From Eledone cirrhosa (taxonomy: Eukaryota): a DNA stretch of 64,000 nt. The stretch is taken from contig OZ024749.1 of NCBI GenBank assembly GCA_964016885.1, positions 18,662,001 through 18,726,000 on the forward strand. Reading direction: 5' to 3'. Shown here one piece after another: positions 1-12,540 of the stretch (positions within the stretch are counted from its first letter, which is position 1; every line of letters starts with the position of its first letter). The notes beneath the pieces were generated by a model that ran no database searches, had not been told where the DNA came from, and saw nothing but the letters and a program-made list of their open reading frames with translations. The translations under genes and the position numbers were made by a program.

Positions 1-2760
1 ATCTACAAATTATGCAGACACTCAATATTTCAATGTTATTTTCAACTACCATTTCATCAGAATAATATCATTGAGAACTTGTTTGGTTTTTATAGAGAAT
101 ATTAAGAGGGAGGAGTGAAGTTGTTAGAAGAATAGTTAAGGGAGTGGATGGTTAGAAGAATAGTTAAGGGAGTGGAAACATATCAAAATAGCAGTGGGTA
201 ATTAGATTCACATCTGTTATTTTGTTAGTTGAGTTTGACATTTTTATAGAATATTCATTATTTGGCGTTGGTTGTATTGGTTATTTTTCTAAATCTATCG
301 AAGGATTAGAGATAGTAGAGATATGCATGGTTGGTTTTGTGTTTGCACTTAATTCACATACAGGCTTACATTTTTCTTTCAAGTGTACGTATCCGTTGGC
401 CCACACATAAATATATACTTTTGATCGCTATCCCTGAGCGTCCAAGCTTTTTCTGCTAAAGTTGTTACATTTCTTTGGCTCTTGTGTTTTATTGAGTAAG
501 AATGCCTATATAATCGAGATTTAAACGATGTTGCCGTTGATCCCACGTAATACCACTCGTTGCCTCCGGATTTAATGGTACACTTATAGATGACATTTTT
601 TTCAAGGCAGTTATTGCCGAGGGGGCAATTGTCAGGATAGGTGCAGTTACAGTTGTGTACGTTGGTTTTGTAGTTAGGTTCACTCTGTAGTAGTATTGCG
701 GGCGAACTTAGGTGTGGTTTATTTATGTTCTGTAGTGTATTGTCTACTGTTTTTTTTGTGCTCTTTGTACTTAAGTTTTTAGTGTTTTCGTTTAACCTTC
801 TAGTATTAATCTTTTTTATGTGTTGTTCAAGGTTTAACGCTGTAGAGTATGACAATCTTATAGTGGTAGGGTTTAGGATTTTGTGGTATTTGTGTGATGT
901 AGGAAAATGTTTCTTAACTATTTTAAAGAAGAGTACTGGTAAATTTGTACTAATGGAACTATTGTATTCAGGGTTATACCATAAGTACTCTTTGCATCGC
1001 TTCCCATTAGTTTTGTTTGTTGGTTTATTGGTGTGTACATTATGGTAGTAAGTGTGGGTTTGGTGTTGTGTTATTATTTCTACCTATGTGGGATTTATTT
1101 TGGGTGTTTTGATTGTTTTCATCTATATATTCTATTTTGTTGAGGTAGCCTGCTTTACTAAGGACGTTATCGTAGTACTCGGCGTGTTCCTTAAATACTT
1201 GTATGTTAGAAGATAGACCCGAGATTCTAAGGGAAATATTTTTAGGGATAGATTTAATTATAGAGATGGGGTGGTTAGACCCAACATTCGCGTACTTGAG
1301 ATTTTCATTCAATTTATGAAACGGTTTAATCAGACCAGAGTTTAAATTGAGTGTGACATCCAGGAAGTTAACTACTTTAAGGTTGTGCTCATATGTTATA
1401 GTTAGTCCTATTTCAAGTAGTAGTTTTCTTATATCTTTGCGTAGTTTTTCTAGTTTTTGGTTATTTAGGTTTTTAACTAGGAGAAGAGCATCATCACGGT
1501 ATATTCCACCGTGGAGATTACTGAATTTTTCCTGGAGTCTAAAGGCGATAAATAATCCCACAATATCAGTTATTTCCGCCGAATCGTTAGAGCCCATTGT
1601 TATGTCAAAGTTGGAGGGTCTATCTTTACGAACCCAATAACTGTTCTCAAATTTGACTATAGTTTTCCTAGCTTCTAATATAATCTTAATTTCTTCGTTT
1701 GTAAGGTCAGAGTTATCCTTAGCAAACTCAATGGCTCTATTCAGAGTTTCAGGTGATATCGATGAGTAATATTCATCGATATCAAACTGGATAAACTTAG
1801 ATTTATTCTTATTGCTAATGCTATTAAACCATCTTATTGCTTCTTGGGTCTTCCTCCAGAGTTTAATGTTAACCTTAGCCTTAATTTGGGGGATGATTCT
1901 ATTTAAGATATATTTGCTTATTTTACCTATATCTGATTTAGAGGGGCAGATTAGTCTAATTTTAGGGTCATTATCAAAGTTTACCTTATGGTCCTTAAGA
2001 TTGAAGGTGGGTACTGTCGGTAAGAGTGGTCCTGTCCTATCTTCGATTCCGAGATTTTTCACTATTTCGCATGTCTCATCATTGATGTGCTTAAGGGTTA
2101 CTTCACTAGTTTTTCTATATTTTTTATGTAATTCTTTTCGAATAAAGTTGTTATATGTAGTGCAGTCCATAGTGTACAGGTTAGATGTTTTGTCCGCTTT
2201 TACTACAATTCCTTTGGTGTTTTTAAGGTCGTCCAGTAGTTTTTTAATATCTTTCTGCAGTTTGTTGTTGGTGTTACGTCCTTTGAATTTAATTTTAAGG
2301 ATTAAGTCCATAAGGTCCTGCTCAAATGCATCTAATAGTGGGTTAGTGGGTGGGTTTTTACACGTTCTAAAACCAAATTTGTTGTTTACGCCACTTTCTG
2401 ATGGTGAGTTCATACGGCTTCTATCATAGTGGAACGTTTTCCACCTGACACGTCGAATGAATTCGTTTGTTTTTTGTATCATACTCAATAAGTATTCCTT
2501 TTTACCTTGGGTTGGTATGTTTTTAAGTGACATATCCAGGTAGTGCTTTTCCATTGTTGTGGTTACGTTTGCTGAGTGGGTTGCTCAACTTTACAGGAGG
2601 TAAATATATGGTATTATCCGTAGTGTTGTAATATGAATATTATACACAGTAGATGGACAGCTCACGTAGGGTTTGCTCGACGGTTCCAGTTGTAGTTTCA
2701 AAAGTAATCCGGAGAAAATAGAAGGATTTAAATGGATACAGTTCAGTATAATGGATACAG
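1..2760 (-). mobile_element. Penelope-like element, family A (disrupted RT/GIY-YIG ORF; 3' UTR runs off window start)
   Basis: Minus-strand ORFs 1040-2554 and 379-855 carry PLE RT and GIY-YIG motifs; 1-420 is the reverse complement of 3725-4110. Confidence 0.9.
379..2554 (-). pseudogene. PLE reverse transcriptase + GIY-YIG endonuclease, frameshifted near 1040 and 3'-deleted near 415
   Basis: Motifs KADKT, LKDHK, FIQFDI, TMGSNDSAE, GIYRDD, NFLDV; then CNC..CPL..C, VIYKC, YYVGST; clearly homologous to ORF 33212-35467. Confidence 0.9.
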
Positions 2761-3019
2761 TTCAGAATAATGTTCGTTCAATTCTGTTATTAAGTAATTT
2801 CTTCTTGTGTGTGATTATGTAATAAATCTCAAGATTACATAATTTGCAGAAATTTTGGCTTCTGGAAAAGCTTTGGGTTTTAGCTAATCTCTCCCATTTT
2901 AGGGTAAACTTTTGATCGCTATTCCTGAGCTTTTTCTGCTAAAGTTGTTACATTTCTTTGGATCTTGTGTTTTATTGAGTAAGAATGCCTATATAATCGA
3001 GATTTAAACGATGTTGCCG

Positions 3020-4200
3020 ATTTATTACATAATCACACACAAGAAGAAATTGCTTAATAACAGAATTGAACGAACATTATTCTGCCGTCACCGAACTAAA
3101 ACCCTTTTTCCCACTACAAGCTGAATATTACATAAACGAGAGACATCCTCCCAACTATACAAATCCTCAATCTAGTTAGAAAAATATAAAAACAATCTCT
3201 TCTCAACATATATATGTACTATTAATAACCTTAAATTATCACACTAATAATGGATAAATATGCTGGTGAGAATAGGTGCGAATATGCTATAATGAATGTG
3301 TCTAAAAGCGACCATATGTATGTATATATGTGAAAATGTATACAAATAAGTAAATAAGTGGGTGAGTGTATATATATATATATATGTTTGATGTGTATAA
3401 TTAAATGTATGTGTATTCATGTATATGTGTATTTATATATATATATATATATATACACATGGACAAGAGTATGTATGTATATATGTGTGTGCCTATATGT
3501 GTGTATATGAAGATAAGTAGAGTATGAAAGTGTATATACATGAATGCGTATGTATGTACATATATATATGTATATATATATATATGTACAGGTATATATG
3601 TATGTAGGTATGAGCATGTAAGTATGTGTATGTGAGTGTATGTATTTGTAGAGGTATACATATATGTATGTGTGTGAATGTGTATGTATGTTTTTAAAAA
3701 AAATAAGTATATATACGCATATATTTATGTGTGGGCGAACGGATACGTACACTTGAAAGAAAAATGTAAGTCTGTATATGAATTAAGTGCAAACACAAAA
3801 CCAACCATGCATATCTCTACTATCTCTAATCCTTCGATAGATTTAGAAAAATAACCAATACAACAAACGCCAAATAATGAATATTCTATAAAAATGTCAA
3901 ACTCAACTAACAAAATAACAGATGGGAATCTAATTACCCACTGCTATCAAAAATTTCCATCCACTCCCTTAACTATTCTTCTAACAACTTCACTCCTTCC
4001 TCTTAATATTCTCTATAAAAACCAAACAAGTTCTCAATGATATTATTCTGATGAAATGGTAGTTGAAAATAACATTGAAATATTGAGTGTCTGCATAATT
4101 AATACTTTGTAGATAGCAGCTGTTTTCAGGTTATATAACTATTATTGAAACACGTGTCAATAAATTCCTTTTACTGAACTGTATCCATTTAAATCCTTCT
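3020..4200 (+). mobile_element. Inverted copy of family A 3' end (ORF C-terminus, 3' UTR, hammerhead)
   Basis: Begins with codons for YYIITHKKKLLNNRIERTLFCRH, like the C-terminus of ORF 33212; 3725-4110 mirrors 1-420. Confidence 0.85.
4043..4163 (+). ncRNA. Type I hammerhead ribozyme with long stem II insertion
   Basis: TTATT-CTGATGA-AATGGTAGTT...AACTATTATT-GAAA-CACGTG-TC-AATAA: 5-bp stem I, 10-bp stem II, palindromic stem III, GUC site. Confidence 0.85.
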
Positions 4201-4234
4201 ATATATGTATATATATATGTGTGTATATATATAT

Positions 4235-5235
4235 CCTTTGTTCTGTCCTACGCCATCTTGTTTCTGTGTGTGTGTTGTGTGCTCAGTCTGCGCATGCACC
4301 ACATCCGGGTGTCTGTGTGTGTTTATATTCGTTTATTTATTTGTTTATTTACATGTTACTGGTTGGTTGTTTGTTCTATGTGCGTGTGTGTTTTCATTTT
4401 GTCCTTAATTGTAAGTTGTGATGTTGCTGTTCCACTCATGTTTTCTATTTAATTTTGGTTGTAATTCTTTTATGTTTATTGCCTCTGTGATTTGTCTAAA
4501 CATTGCGTCTTTTCTGTGTGTAGATTCTATTTTTATTTCTATGTTCTCTAATTTACCCTTATATTCTATTTTAGCATGTTGGTAGAGTACAGATGATTCT
4601 TTACTATCTTGAAGGTCTCGCCAGTGTTCATTTATCCGTTCCCCTACACTACGAGCTGTCTCACCTATGTACACTATATTTTTATCTCTACATTGTCCTA
4701 CAGTACATCTTATGCTATATACTACATTTCTAGTTTTACAGTTAATATGGGGGCTTAATTTACAGGTTATACATTTCTTATCTATACAGGGGGGTCTTTG
4801 AAAAGGGTATGTCTTGCTAATAAGTGTTTTTATGGAGGTACCTGGTCTTTCTTCTATCTTAATATTGAGTTTATGTTTATTTAGGGCCCTTCTAAATTTG
4901 TAAGCTAATTCACCTCTAGGGGTTGTATCGATGAACATTACACTCTGGTATTTATTGCTATCATACCATGAGTTTATTCTATTAGCCTTATTCCTAGTTC
5001 TTTCTGTCCTATTCCAAAATTTGCTCCTATACAAGGGGCAGGTCTCATTTGTGTCATTATTTACCATTTTTTCCCATTTGGTTCTGGCTCCTATACACTC
5101 TGATTTTATCTCTCTGATTGTAACCAGAGAACTGCATACGGTGGATGAAGTGTTGTATGTGTCTCTCTAGTTCTTCGGGGCTGCACATGCGGGACACGTT
5201 TCTCATCACCCGTACGAAATCCGCAATCAGTATGT
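4235..5235 (-). mobile_element. PLE family B 3' fragment (Cys linker + GIY-YIG + partial 3' UTR)
   Basis: ORF 4405-5067: CIDKKCITC, NVVYSIRC, YIGETARS, RQITEA..PKLN; near-identical to 44614-45291. Confidence 0.9.
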
Positions 5236-5249
5236 TTATATATATATAT

Positions 5250-5305
<56 letters not shown>

Positions 5306-5310
5306 AAAAA

Positions 5311-5737
5311 ATGAAACGAATTTTCATTTCTCACTCTTAGTACGGGTGTTACTTAAATATAAGTATGTATACGTACATACATATATGTATACAGACGTAC
5401 AGTATTATGTATATATATATATACATACATGCACACATATATATTTTGTACGTATGGATTCACCGAACATTTATTATAATGCTCGGTGTGTTTGTAAACA
5501 AACATCCAGAATTAAGCCGTATAGTGTCTAGCAACCATCGTTGCTCATTTGTTCAACACTGACAAAGGAACGCTGTACCAGTTTCAAGCTTATTAGCTAT
5601 CATCAGCAACGTATACCTTCCTGCCAGATGGTTGAACGTCTGAAAGTATATACTTTCCTTATGCACGTATACATTATGCACGTATACATACTTATATTTA
5701 AGTAACAGCCATACTAAGAGTGAGAAATGAAATTTCA
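5311..5737 (-). mobile_element. ORF-less element with terminal inverted repeats and an internal hammerhead
   Basis: ~55-bp inverted ends (CATTTCTCACTCTTAGTA.../...TACTAAGAGTGAGAAATG); same family as 9369-9985. Confidence 0.7.
5570..5612 (-). ncRNA. Minimal type I hammerhead ribozyme
   Basis: Minus strand ACGTTG-CTGATGA-T-AGC-TAATAA-GCT-T-GAAA-CTGG-TA-CAGCGT. Confidence 0.85.
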
Positions 5738-5807
5738 ATATATGTAGATATATATATATGTATATATATATGTATATATATAATATATGTATGTATGTAT
5801 ATGTGAA

Positions 5808-6038
5808 GGCGTGTGGCAGAGTGGTTAGACAATTGGATTCACAATCTTGAGGTTGTGAGTTCGATTCCTGAACCGGGCGATGCGTTATGTCCTTGAGCAA
5901 GACACTTTATTTCACGTTGCTCCTTTTACCTGGAGTTGCGACCGATAGATAGTAATAGCAATTGGAAAGACCGACGGAAACATTGTTTCCTAGGTCCGAT
6001 TTGACGAAAGTCGATCGATCCAAAAAAAAAAAAAAAAA
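5808..6038 (+). mobile_element. tRNA-derived SINE with CORE-like box and A tail
   Basis: A box TGGCAGAGTGG, B box GAGTTCGATTCC, TGTCCTTGAGCAAGACACTT, A-run at 3' end; further copies at 28097-28525 and 31117-31507. Confidence 0.85.
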
Positions 6039-6054
6039 TATGTATATATATGTA

Positions 6055-6450
6055 TTTCGTTTCTGAATTTGTTTAGCAAGATTCTTTATCTGAAAACGTG
6101 TGTTGAAACCGATATTGTTATGATTTGGGAGGTGTCATGTTGCCAATAAGAAACACACGCACCAGTTCCTTTCACTTCAATTTATTATAAATTAAATTTA
6201 TAAACTTAAGAATTTATAAATTGGTTGGTTGGTTCCACAACCAGACGATTGTTCATATATTGGCAAAGTTCTTTCGTCACACATTATGTGACCTCTTCAG
6301 TGACTGGGGATTCTTTTCTTTGTTTTTGTGCCTCTCCTTTGTTCTGTCCTACGCCATCTTGTTTTTGTGTGTGTTGTGTGCTTAGTTTGCGCGTGTGTTA
6401 CATCCGGGTGTCTGTGTGTGTTTATATTTGTTTATTTACATGTTACTGGT
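6055..6450 (-). mobile_element. PLE family B 3' UTR/tail fragment with hammerhead at 6262-6304
   Basis: Matches 13625-14020 and 35657-35960; GTCA-CTGAAGA-GGTCAC..GTGAC-GAAA on minus strand. Confidence 0.85.
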
Positions 6451-6477
6451 TAAATAAACACATATAAACACACAGAC

Positions 6478-8925
6478 ATTTCACAGAACTTATGTTCATC
6501 GATTTCAGGGACTTGACTCCTTCTTCCTCCCTTTTGACCTGTGCGAAATTCTTTCCTAACTTATATTTCGACCAGATTGAATAGTCTTTATTCTTTCTCC
6601 GTATCTCTCACTTCCTTTTACCCCTCTGCCAGTCACTCTCTCTGTTAGCATCTTCCTCACACTTCCACTCACTCACTCTCTGCTACTCCCTCTCCTACTT
6701 CCTCCCGTTTGACGTGTGCGAAATTCTTTCCTCACTCGCATCTCGACCAGGTCGGATGGTCTTTATTCTCTCTCGTCTACGATTTCACAGAACTTATGTT
6801 CATCGATTTCAGGGACTTGACTCCTTCCTCACTTTTCGTTGCATTACCATCTTTGATTGTTTACTCTCTCGCTCGTTCCCCCTATTTACGTGTCCCAACG
6901 ACTTTCTTTAGCCGTTGCTCGCACCAACCAGAGGTATATGGTCTTTAAAGCGATGAAATACCAATGAAGGCTGGAAGATCCCTGATGAAGGACTAAATTT
7001 ATTCATATGTAACCTATTTGCAACCACGCCATGTTTTCATATATTTATATATTTTCCTCTGCTGTGACCCGTCTGTTTCTTTCTTACTCCTCCCCCTTTC
7101 TCCGTATCTCTCATTTCCTTTTACCCTCTCTTCCAGTCACTCTCTCTCTCTGTTAGCCTCTTCCTCTTCACTCACTCACTCTCTGCTACTCCCTCTCCTA
7201 CTTACTCCCGTTTGACATGTGCGAAATTCTTTCCTCACTCGCATTTCGACCAGGTTGTATGGTCTTCATTCTCTCTCGTCTACGATTTCACAGAACTTAT
7301 GTTCATCGATTTCAGGGACTTGAGTCCTTCTTCCTCCCGTTTGACCTATGCGAAATTCTTTCCTTACTTACATTTCGACCAGGTTGGATGGTCTTTATTC
7401 TCTCTTGTCTACGATTTCACAGAACTTATGTTCATCGATTTCAGGGACTTGAGTCCTTCTTCCTCCCGTTTGACCTGTGCGAAATTCTTTCCTTACTTAC
7501 ATTTCGACCAGGTTGGATGGTCTTTATTCTCTCTCGTCTACGATTTCACAGAACTTATGTTCATCGATTTCAGGGACTTGACTCCTTCTTCCTCACTTTT
7601 CGTTGCATTACCATCTTTGTTTGTTTACTGTCTCGCTCGTTCACCCTATTTACGTGTCCCAACGACTTTCTTTAGCCGTTGCTCGCACCAACCAGAGGTA
7701 TATGGTCTTTAAAGCGATGACATACCAATGAAGGCTGGAATATCACTGATGAAGGACTAAATTTATTCATATGTAACCTATTTGTAACCACGCAGCACGC
7801 CATGTTTTCATATATTTATATATTTTCCTCCGCTGTGACCCTTCTGTTTCTTTCTTACTGCTTTCTCTTTCTCCGTATCTCTCACTTCCTTTTACCCCCT
7901 CTTCCAGTCACTCTCTCTGTTAGCCTCTTCCTCACACTTTCACTCACTCACTCTCTGCTACTCCCTCTCCTACTTCCTCCCGTTTGACCTGTGCGAAATT
8001 CTTTCCTCACTCTCATTTCGACCAGGTCGGATGGTCTTTATTCTCTCTCGTCTACGATTTCACAGAACTTATGTTCATCGATTTCAGGGACTTGAGTCCT
8101 TCTTCCTCCCGTTTGACCTGTGCGAAATTCTTTCCTTACTTACATTTCGACCAGGTTGGATGGTCTTTATTCTCTCTCGTCTACGATTTCACAGAACTTA
8201 TGTTCATCGATTTCAGGGACTTGACTCCTTCTTCCTCACTTTTCGTTGCATTACCATCTTTGTTTGTTTACTGTCTCGCTCGTTCACCCTATTTACGTGT
8301 CTCAACGACTTTCTTTAGCCGTTGCTCGCACCAACCAGAGGTATATGGTCTTTAAAGCGATGACATACCAATGAAGGCTGGAAGATCACTGATGAAGGAT
8401 TAAATTTATTCATATGTAACCAATTTGCAACCACGCCATGTTTTCATATATTTATATATTTTCCTCTGCTGTGACCCGTCTGTTTCTTTCTTACTGCTTC
8501 TCCTTTCTCCGTATCTCTCATTTCCTTTTACCCTCTCTTCCAGTCACTCTCTCTCTCTGTTAGCCTCTTCCTCACACTTTCACTCACTCACTCTCTGCTA
8601 CTACCTCTCCTACTTCCTCCCGTTTGACCTGTGCGAAATTCTTTCCTCACTCTCATTTCGACCAGGTTGGATGGTCTTCATTCTCTCTCGTCTACGATTT
8701 CACAGAGCTTATGTTCATCGATTTCAGGGACTTGACTCCTTCTTCCTCACTTTTCGTTGCATTACCATCTTTGTTTGTTTACTGTCTCGCTCGTTCACCC
8801 TATTTACGTGTCCCAACGACTTTCTTTAGCCGTTGCTCGCACCAACCAGAGGTATATGGTCTTTAAAGCGATAACATACCAATGAAGGCTGGAATATCAC
8901 TGATGAAGGACTAAATTTATTCATA
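6478..8925. repeat. Nested tandem array: ~510-bp unit containing 1-3 copies of a 129-bp subunit
   Basis: Marker GCCGTTGCTCGCACC at 6911, 7675, 8318, 8829; TTCATCGATTTCAGGGAC at 7302, 7431, 7560. Confidence 0.9.
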
Positions 8926-8966
8926 TATATATATATCTACATATATATATATACATATATATATAC

Positions 8967-8997
<31 letters not shown>

Positions 8998-9002
8998 CAT
9001 AC

Positions 9003-9056
<54 letters not shown>

Positions 9057-9057
<1 letters not shown>

Positions 9058-9165
9058 AACAAGTGAGACCCCGACGGCTGAGCTCAAGCCGTTTCGACGG
9101 CTAATTCTGTCACAGAATTAGCCGTCGAAACGGCTTGAGCTCAGCCGTCGGGGTCTCACTTGTTC
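9057..9165. repeat. Perfect palindrome, 54-bp arms with 1-nt centre
   Basis: GAACAAGTGAGACCCCGAC...AATTCTGT-C-ACAGAATT...GTCGGGGTCTCACTTGTTC. Confidence 0.95.
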
Positions 9166-9245
9166 CTATTACCCACTCTACTACCCTAAGTATTGAGTAC
9201 TTTGGTGCGTTATGGTCCACCTGGTTCCTTACCAGATTTCCTTCG

Positions 9246-9328
<83 letters not shown>

Positions 9329-9368
9329 TATATACATATATTTCATTTATACATATATATATATATAT

Positions 9369-9985
9369 AAGTATGTATGTATACGTACATACATATATGT
9401 ATACGGACGTACAGTAGCATGCATATATATATATATACATACAGGTACACATATATATATATGTACGTATCAGTTTAGCGAACGTTTATTATAACGCTCG
9501 CTTTGTCCGTTTGTAAACAATTTCGTTTCATTATATTACAACTTATCGTTTTCGGTACGCCTGGCCGACTGAACTCACTCGATATGCAAATTAGGCTGCT
9601 CAGCCGTTAATTTTCATAAGGAATGTATATACTTTCGAACGTTCAACTATCTGGCAGAAGGGTATACGGTGCTGATGATAGCTAACACGCTTGAAACTAG
9701 TACATCGTTCCTGTGTCAGTGTTGAACAAAAAGGTGACGTGGTTGCCTTAACACCGTATGGCATAAATCAGGCTGTTCGCTTGTTTACAAACGGACAAAG
9801 CGAGCGTTATAATAAACGTTCGCTAAACTGATACGTACATATATATATATGTGTACCTGTATGTATATATATATATATGCATGCTACTGTACGTCCGTAT
9901 ACATATATGTATGTACGTATACATACATACTTACATTTAAGTAAGTGCCGTACTAAGAGTGAGAAATGAAATTTCGTTTCATTAT
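9369..9985 (+). mobile_element. ORF-less element with ~150-bp inverted repeats around a hammerhead
   Basis: 9369-9520 is the reverse complement of 9781-9932; core homologous to 5530-5660. Confidence 0.8.
9666..9708 (+). ncRNA. Minimal type I hammerhead ribozyme
   Basis: ACGGTG-CTGATGA-T-AGC-TAACAC-GCT-T-GAAA-CTAG-TA-CATCGT. Confidence 0.9.
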
Positions 9986-9994
9986 ATTACAACT

Positions 9995-10040
<46 letters not shown>

Positions 10041-11635
10041 CATATAAACGGAAAAAATGAAACGAAATTTCATTTCCCACTCTTATTACGGCTGTTACTT
10101 AAATATAAGTATGTGCACGTACATACATATATGTATACAGACGCACAGTAGTATGTATATATATATACATACATGCACACATATATATATATATATGTAC
10201 GTATGGATTCACCGAAAATAAATAAAAAAATATTTAATGAACTTACAGAGAGAGTCTTATGTGAAAAAGTTAATCTCGATAAGATATCAGGGTGAGATAA
10301 AGAATAGAGCCTTCGATTGTGAATCGCAGCCAGCACCTCCTAACCACATGTCAGCCAGTTTCGAGTGGTATCGTCCAGCGAAAGAAATGGAAATTAATTT
10401 TTCCGAGTACTCTAGGAACGTAGCTACACTAAGCCCCGGATGTGCTAGCGGGAAGTCTACAATTTCGACAGGCCATCGTCAATACCAAACGAATACTATT
10501 AATTCACACATGAGGGGTTTATTTATGTGCCAGTAGAGGCATGATACAGCTAACAGCTATGCCTAAGCCTAGAGTTTATAGGTATAAGTATAATATGGCG
10601 GTCAAAACACGCGAGCGGCGGGCCCTGGGCAAGGCATCCGCTCCGAGTAATTTCGTTTACTGAAAGAGAGGAAATTTATTTTTCCAAGCACTCAAGGAAG
10701 GCAGAACTTTCCGAGCGCCCATCGCGCAGCCGGGAAAAGCCACCACATCAATCGAAGGTAGCAAAACTCAATAAAAAGTGCAAATAGACTATAATTATTT
10801 TAAAATCCCAGTTAGTCCGGGTTATAAGTAGTGTGGTTCTTTGGTGGGTAGGGGGATATGAAAGGTGTATAATGACCTGAGTAAGGAAAGTTACAAATAA
10901 ATAAAAGTAGGATACAAAGATAAAATACAAAGATAAAGAATACATTGATAAAAATACATTAATAAACTAATACATAAATAAAAATAAAACGTCTTCATAG
11001 CTAGGGTAGTGATGTAGTAAGACGGAAGTATATAAGAACATATCGGAGGAATTGGAGCAAAGGGGAAATACAATATAGATCAAGTTGTAGTAAGATAATA
11101 CAGGTTGTACATATAGATATAGAGAATGGAAGAGATGGACTGGTAACAGTGGTACCTAGTGTAAAGTTCGGGTCTCCGAATTCAGTGTGAGTCACAAAAA
11201 AGTCCTGAGGTATAGAGTAGAGAATTCAATCAATACAATACATGTTTTAGTATAATACGTAGAATTTTGTCGGAATCCGAATATTCTCGACAGGGAAGCA
11301 ACATCGGGTGGGCGGTAGACAAAGCACAGAGCAGCCAAAATCCGAATGGTAAGTAGATCAGTTAATCCCATGCTGGCGGTAGCTGTACACTGAAGTCAGT
11401 GCCGCTGTTCAATATTACATTTAGAAGTGCTCAACATTATTGGAGCATTATTTCTTTAGGTTTGTTGGTTCACCACTGGATAGAATTGGTCAATCTTGGT
11501 GTAATATTGTGGAGAGTACTCAACGTAGTGCAGTTCACCCGTCTTCGTTTGTGTAGTTGGTGGTGCGAATACGGAGTTAATTATAAATAAAAATAACAGT
11601 AGGCTGGACTGGTGTAAATCCTTGAAAGGTTTATT

Positions 11636-11693
11636 ATACTATGATCATTTCAATGACCGGGTTCCATATGAATCCGGTGATATCATCAGGTAT
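11636..11693 (-). ncRNA. Type I hammerhead ribozyme
   Basis: Minus strand ATAC-CTGATGA-TATCACCGGATTC..GAACCCGGTCATT-GAAA-TGATCA-TA-GTAT. Confidence 0.8.
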
Positions 11694-11785
11694 TCGAAAT
11701 ATAACAAAGGAATATGTAAAAACCATGGGTACGAAAAATCAGAGACAGAGAGGACGACTGACCAACTAGCTGTCTTCACCTCATA

Positions 11786-11892
<107 letters not shown>

Positions 11893-12224
11893 ATGTATAT
11901 ATATTTTGCAATACACTTTATGCTTAATTAAAAGCATTTTGAAGACCGTAAGCTATTGTTTTAAAGTAGTGACAAATTCACTCACTGAGATCAAAGTGAG
12001 TGAATTTGTCACTACTTTAAAACAATAGCTTACGGTCTTCAAAATGCTTTTAATTAAGCATAAAGTGTATTGCAAAATACATTATATATACATCCATATA
12101 TATATTGCTATTTCAGAGCTCCAATTCTAAATTTTAATTTCTGCCTGACCAACAACCGCTCTGCATAATCAGCTCCTGATTATTTACTAGATTTCTATAA
12201 GAATATAACATCATTGATCTCAGT

Positions 12225-12299
12225 AGACAGGCGGGGTAGTTGGCCTTGATAAGCTTCAACAAAAGCGAAACATGTCATGTCGGCTTATCTCCCCTGTTT
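12225..12299 (+). ncRNA. Type I hammerhead, U3-A8 core variant
   Basis: GCC-TTGATAA-GCTT-CAACAA-AAGC-GAAA-CATGTCATG-TC-GGC with long bulged stem I extension. Confidence 0.8.
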
Positions 12300-12540
12300 G
12301 CTGAGATCAAAGTGAGTGAATTTGTCACTACTTTAAAACAATAGCTTACGGTCTTCAAAATGCTTTTAATTAAGCATAAAGTGTAGTGCAAAATACATTA
12401 TATATACATCCATATATATATTGCTATTTCAGAGCTCCAATTCTAATTTTTAATTTCTGCCTGACCAATAACCGCTCTGCATAATCAGCTCCTGGTTATT
12501 TACTAGATTTCTATAAGAATATAACATCATTGATCTCAGT

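Noticed and set aside
1347-2429. Plus-strand ORFs overlapping the PLE RT (likewise 33579-35339, 45940-48443, 54177-56679)
   Set aside because: Antisense shadows of retroelement ORFs
5808-5880. tRNA gene
   Set aside because: A/B boxes continue into a SINE body present in several copies; no proper acceptor stem
6920-7010. GAAA and CTGATGA boxes in the array unit (also 32290-32380) as a hammerhead
   Set aside because: Could not build stems II and III in any permutation; the best fold at 32.3 kb needs a CTGAGGT core and a G at the cleavage site
6709-8866. Repeated 65-166 aa ORFs in the tandem array
   Set aside because: CT-rich strand open in two frames with TTG/GTG starts and no domain; the opposite strand has stops in all frames
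10240-11400. GC-richer unique stretch (also 17630-18200 and 26330-27110) as possible host exons
   Set aside because: No convincing ORF or motif; left unassigned, probably decayed repeats
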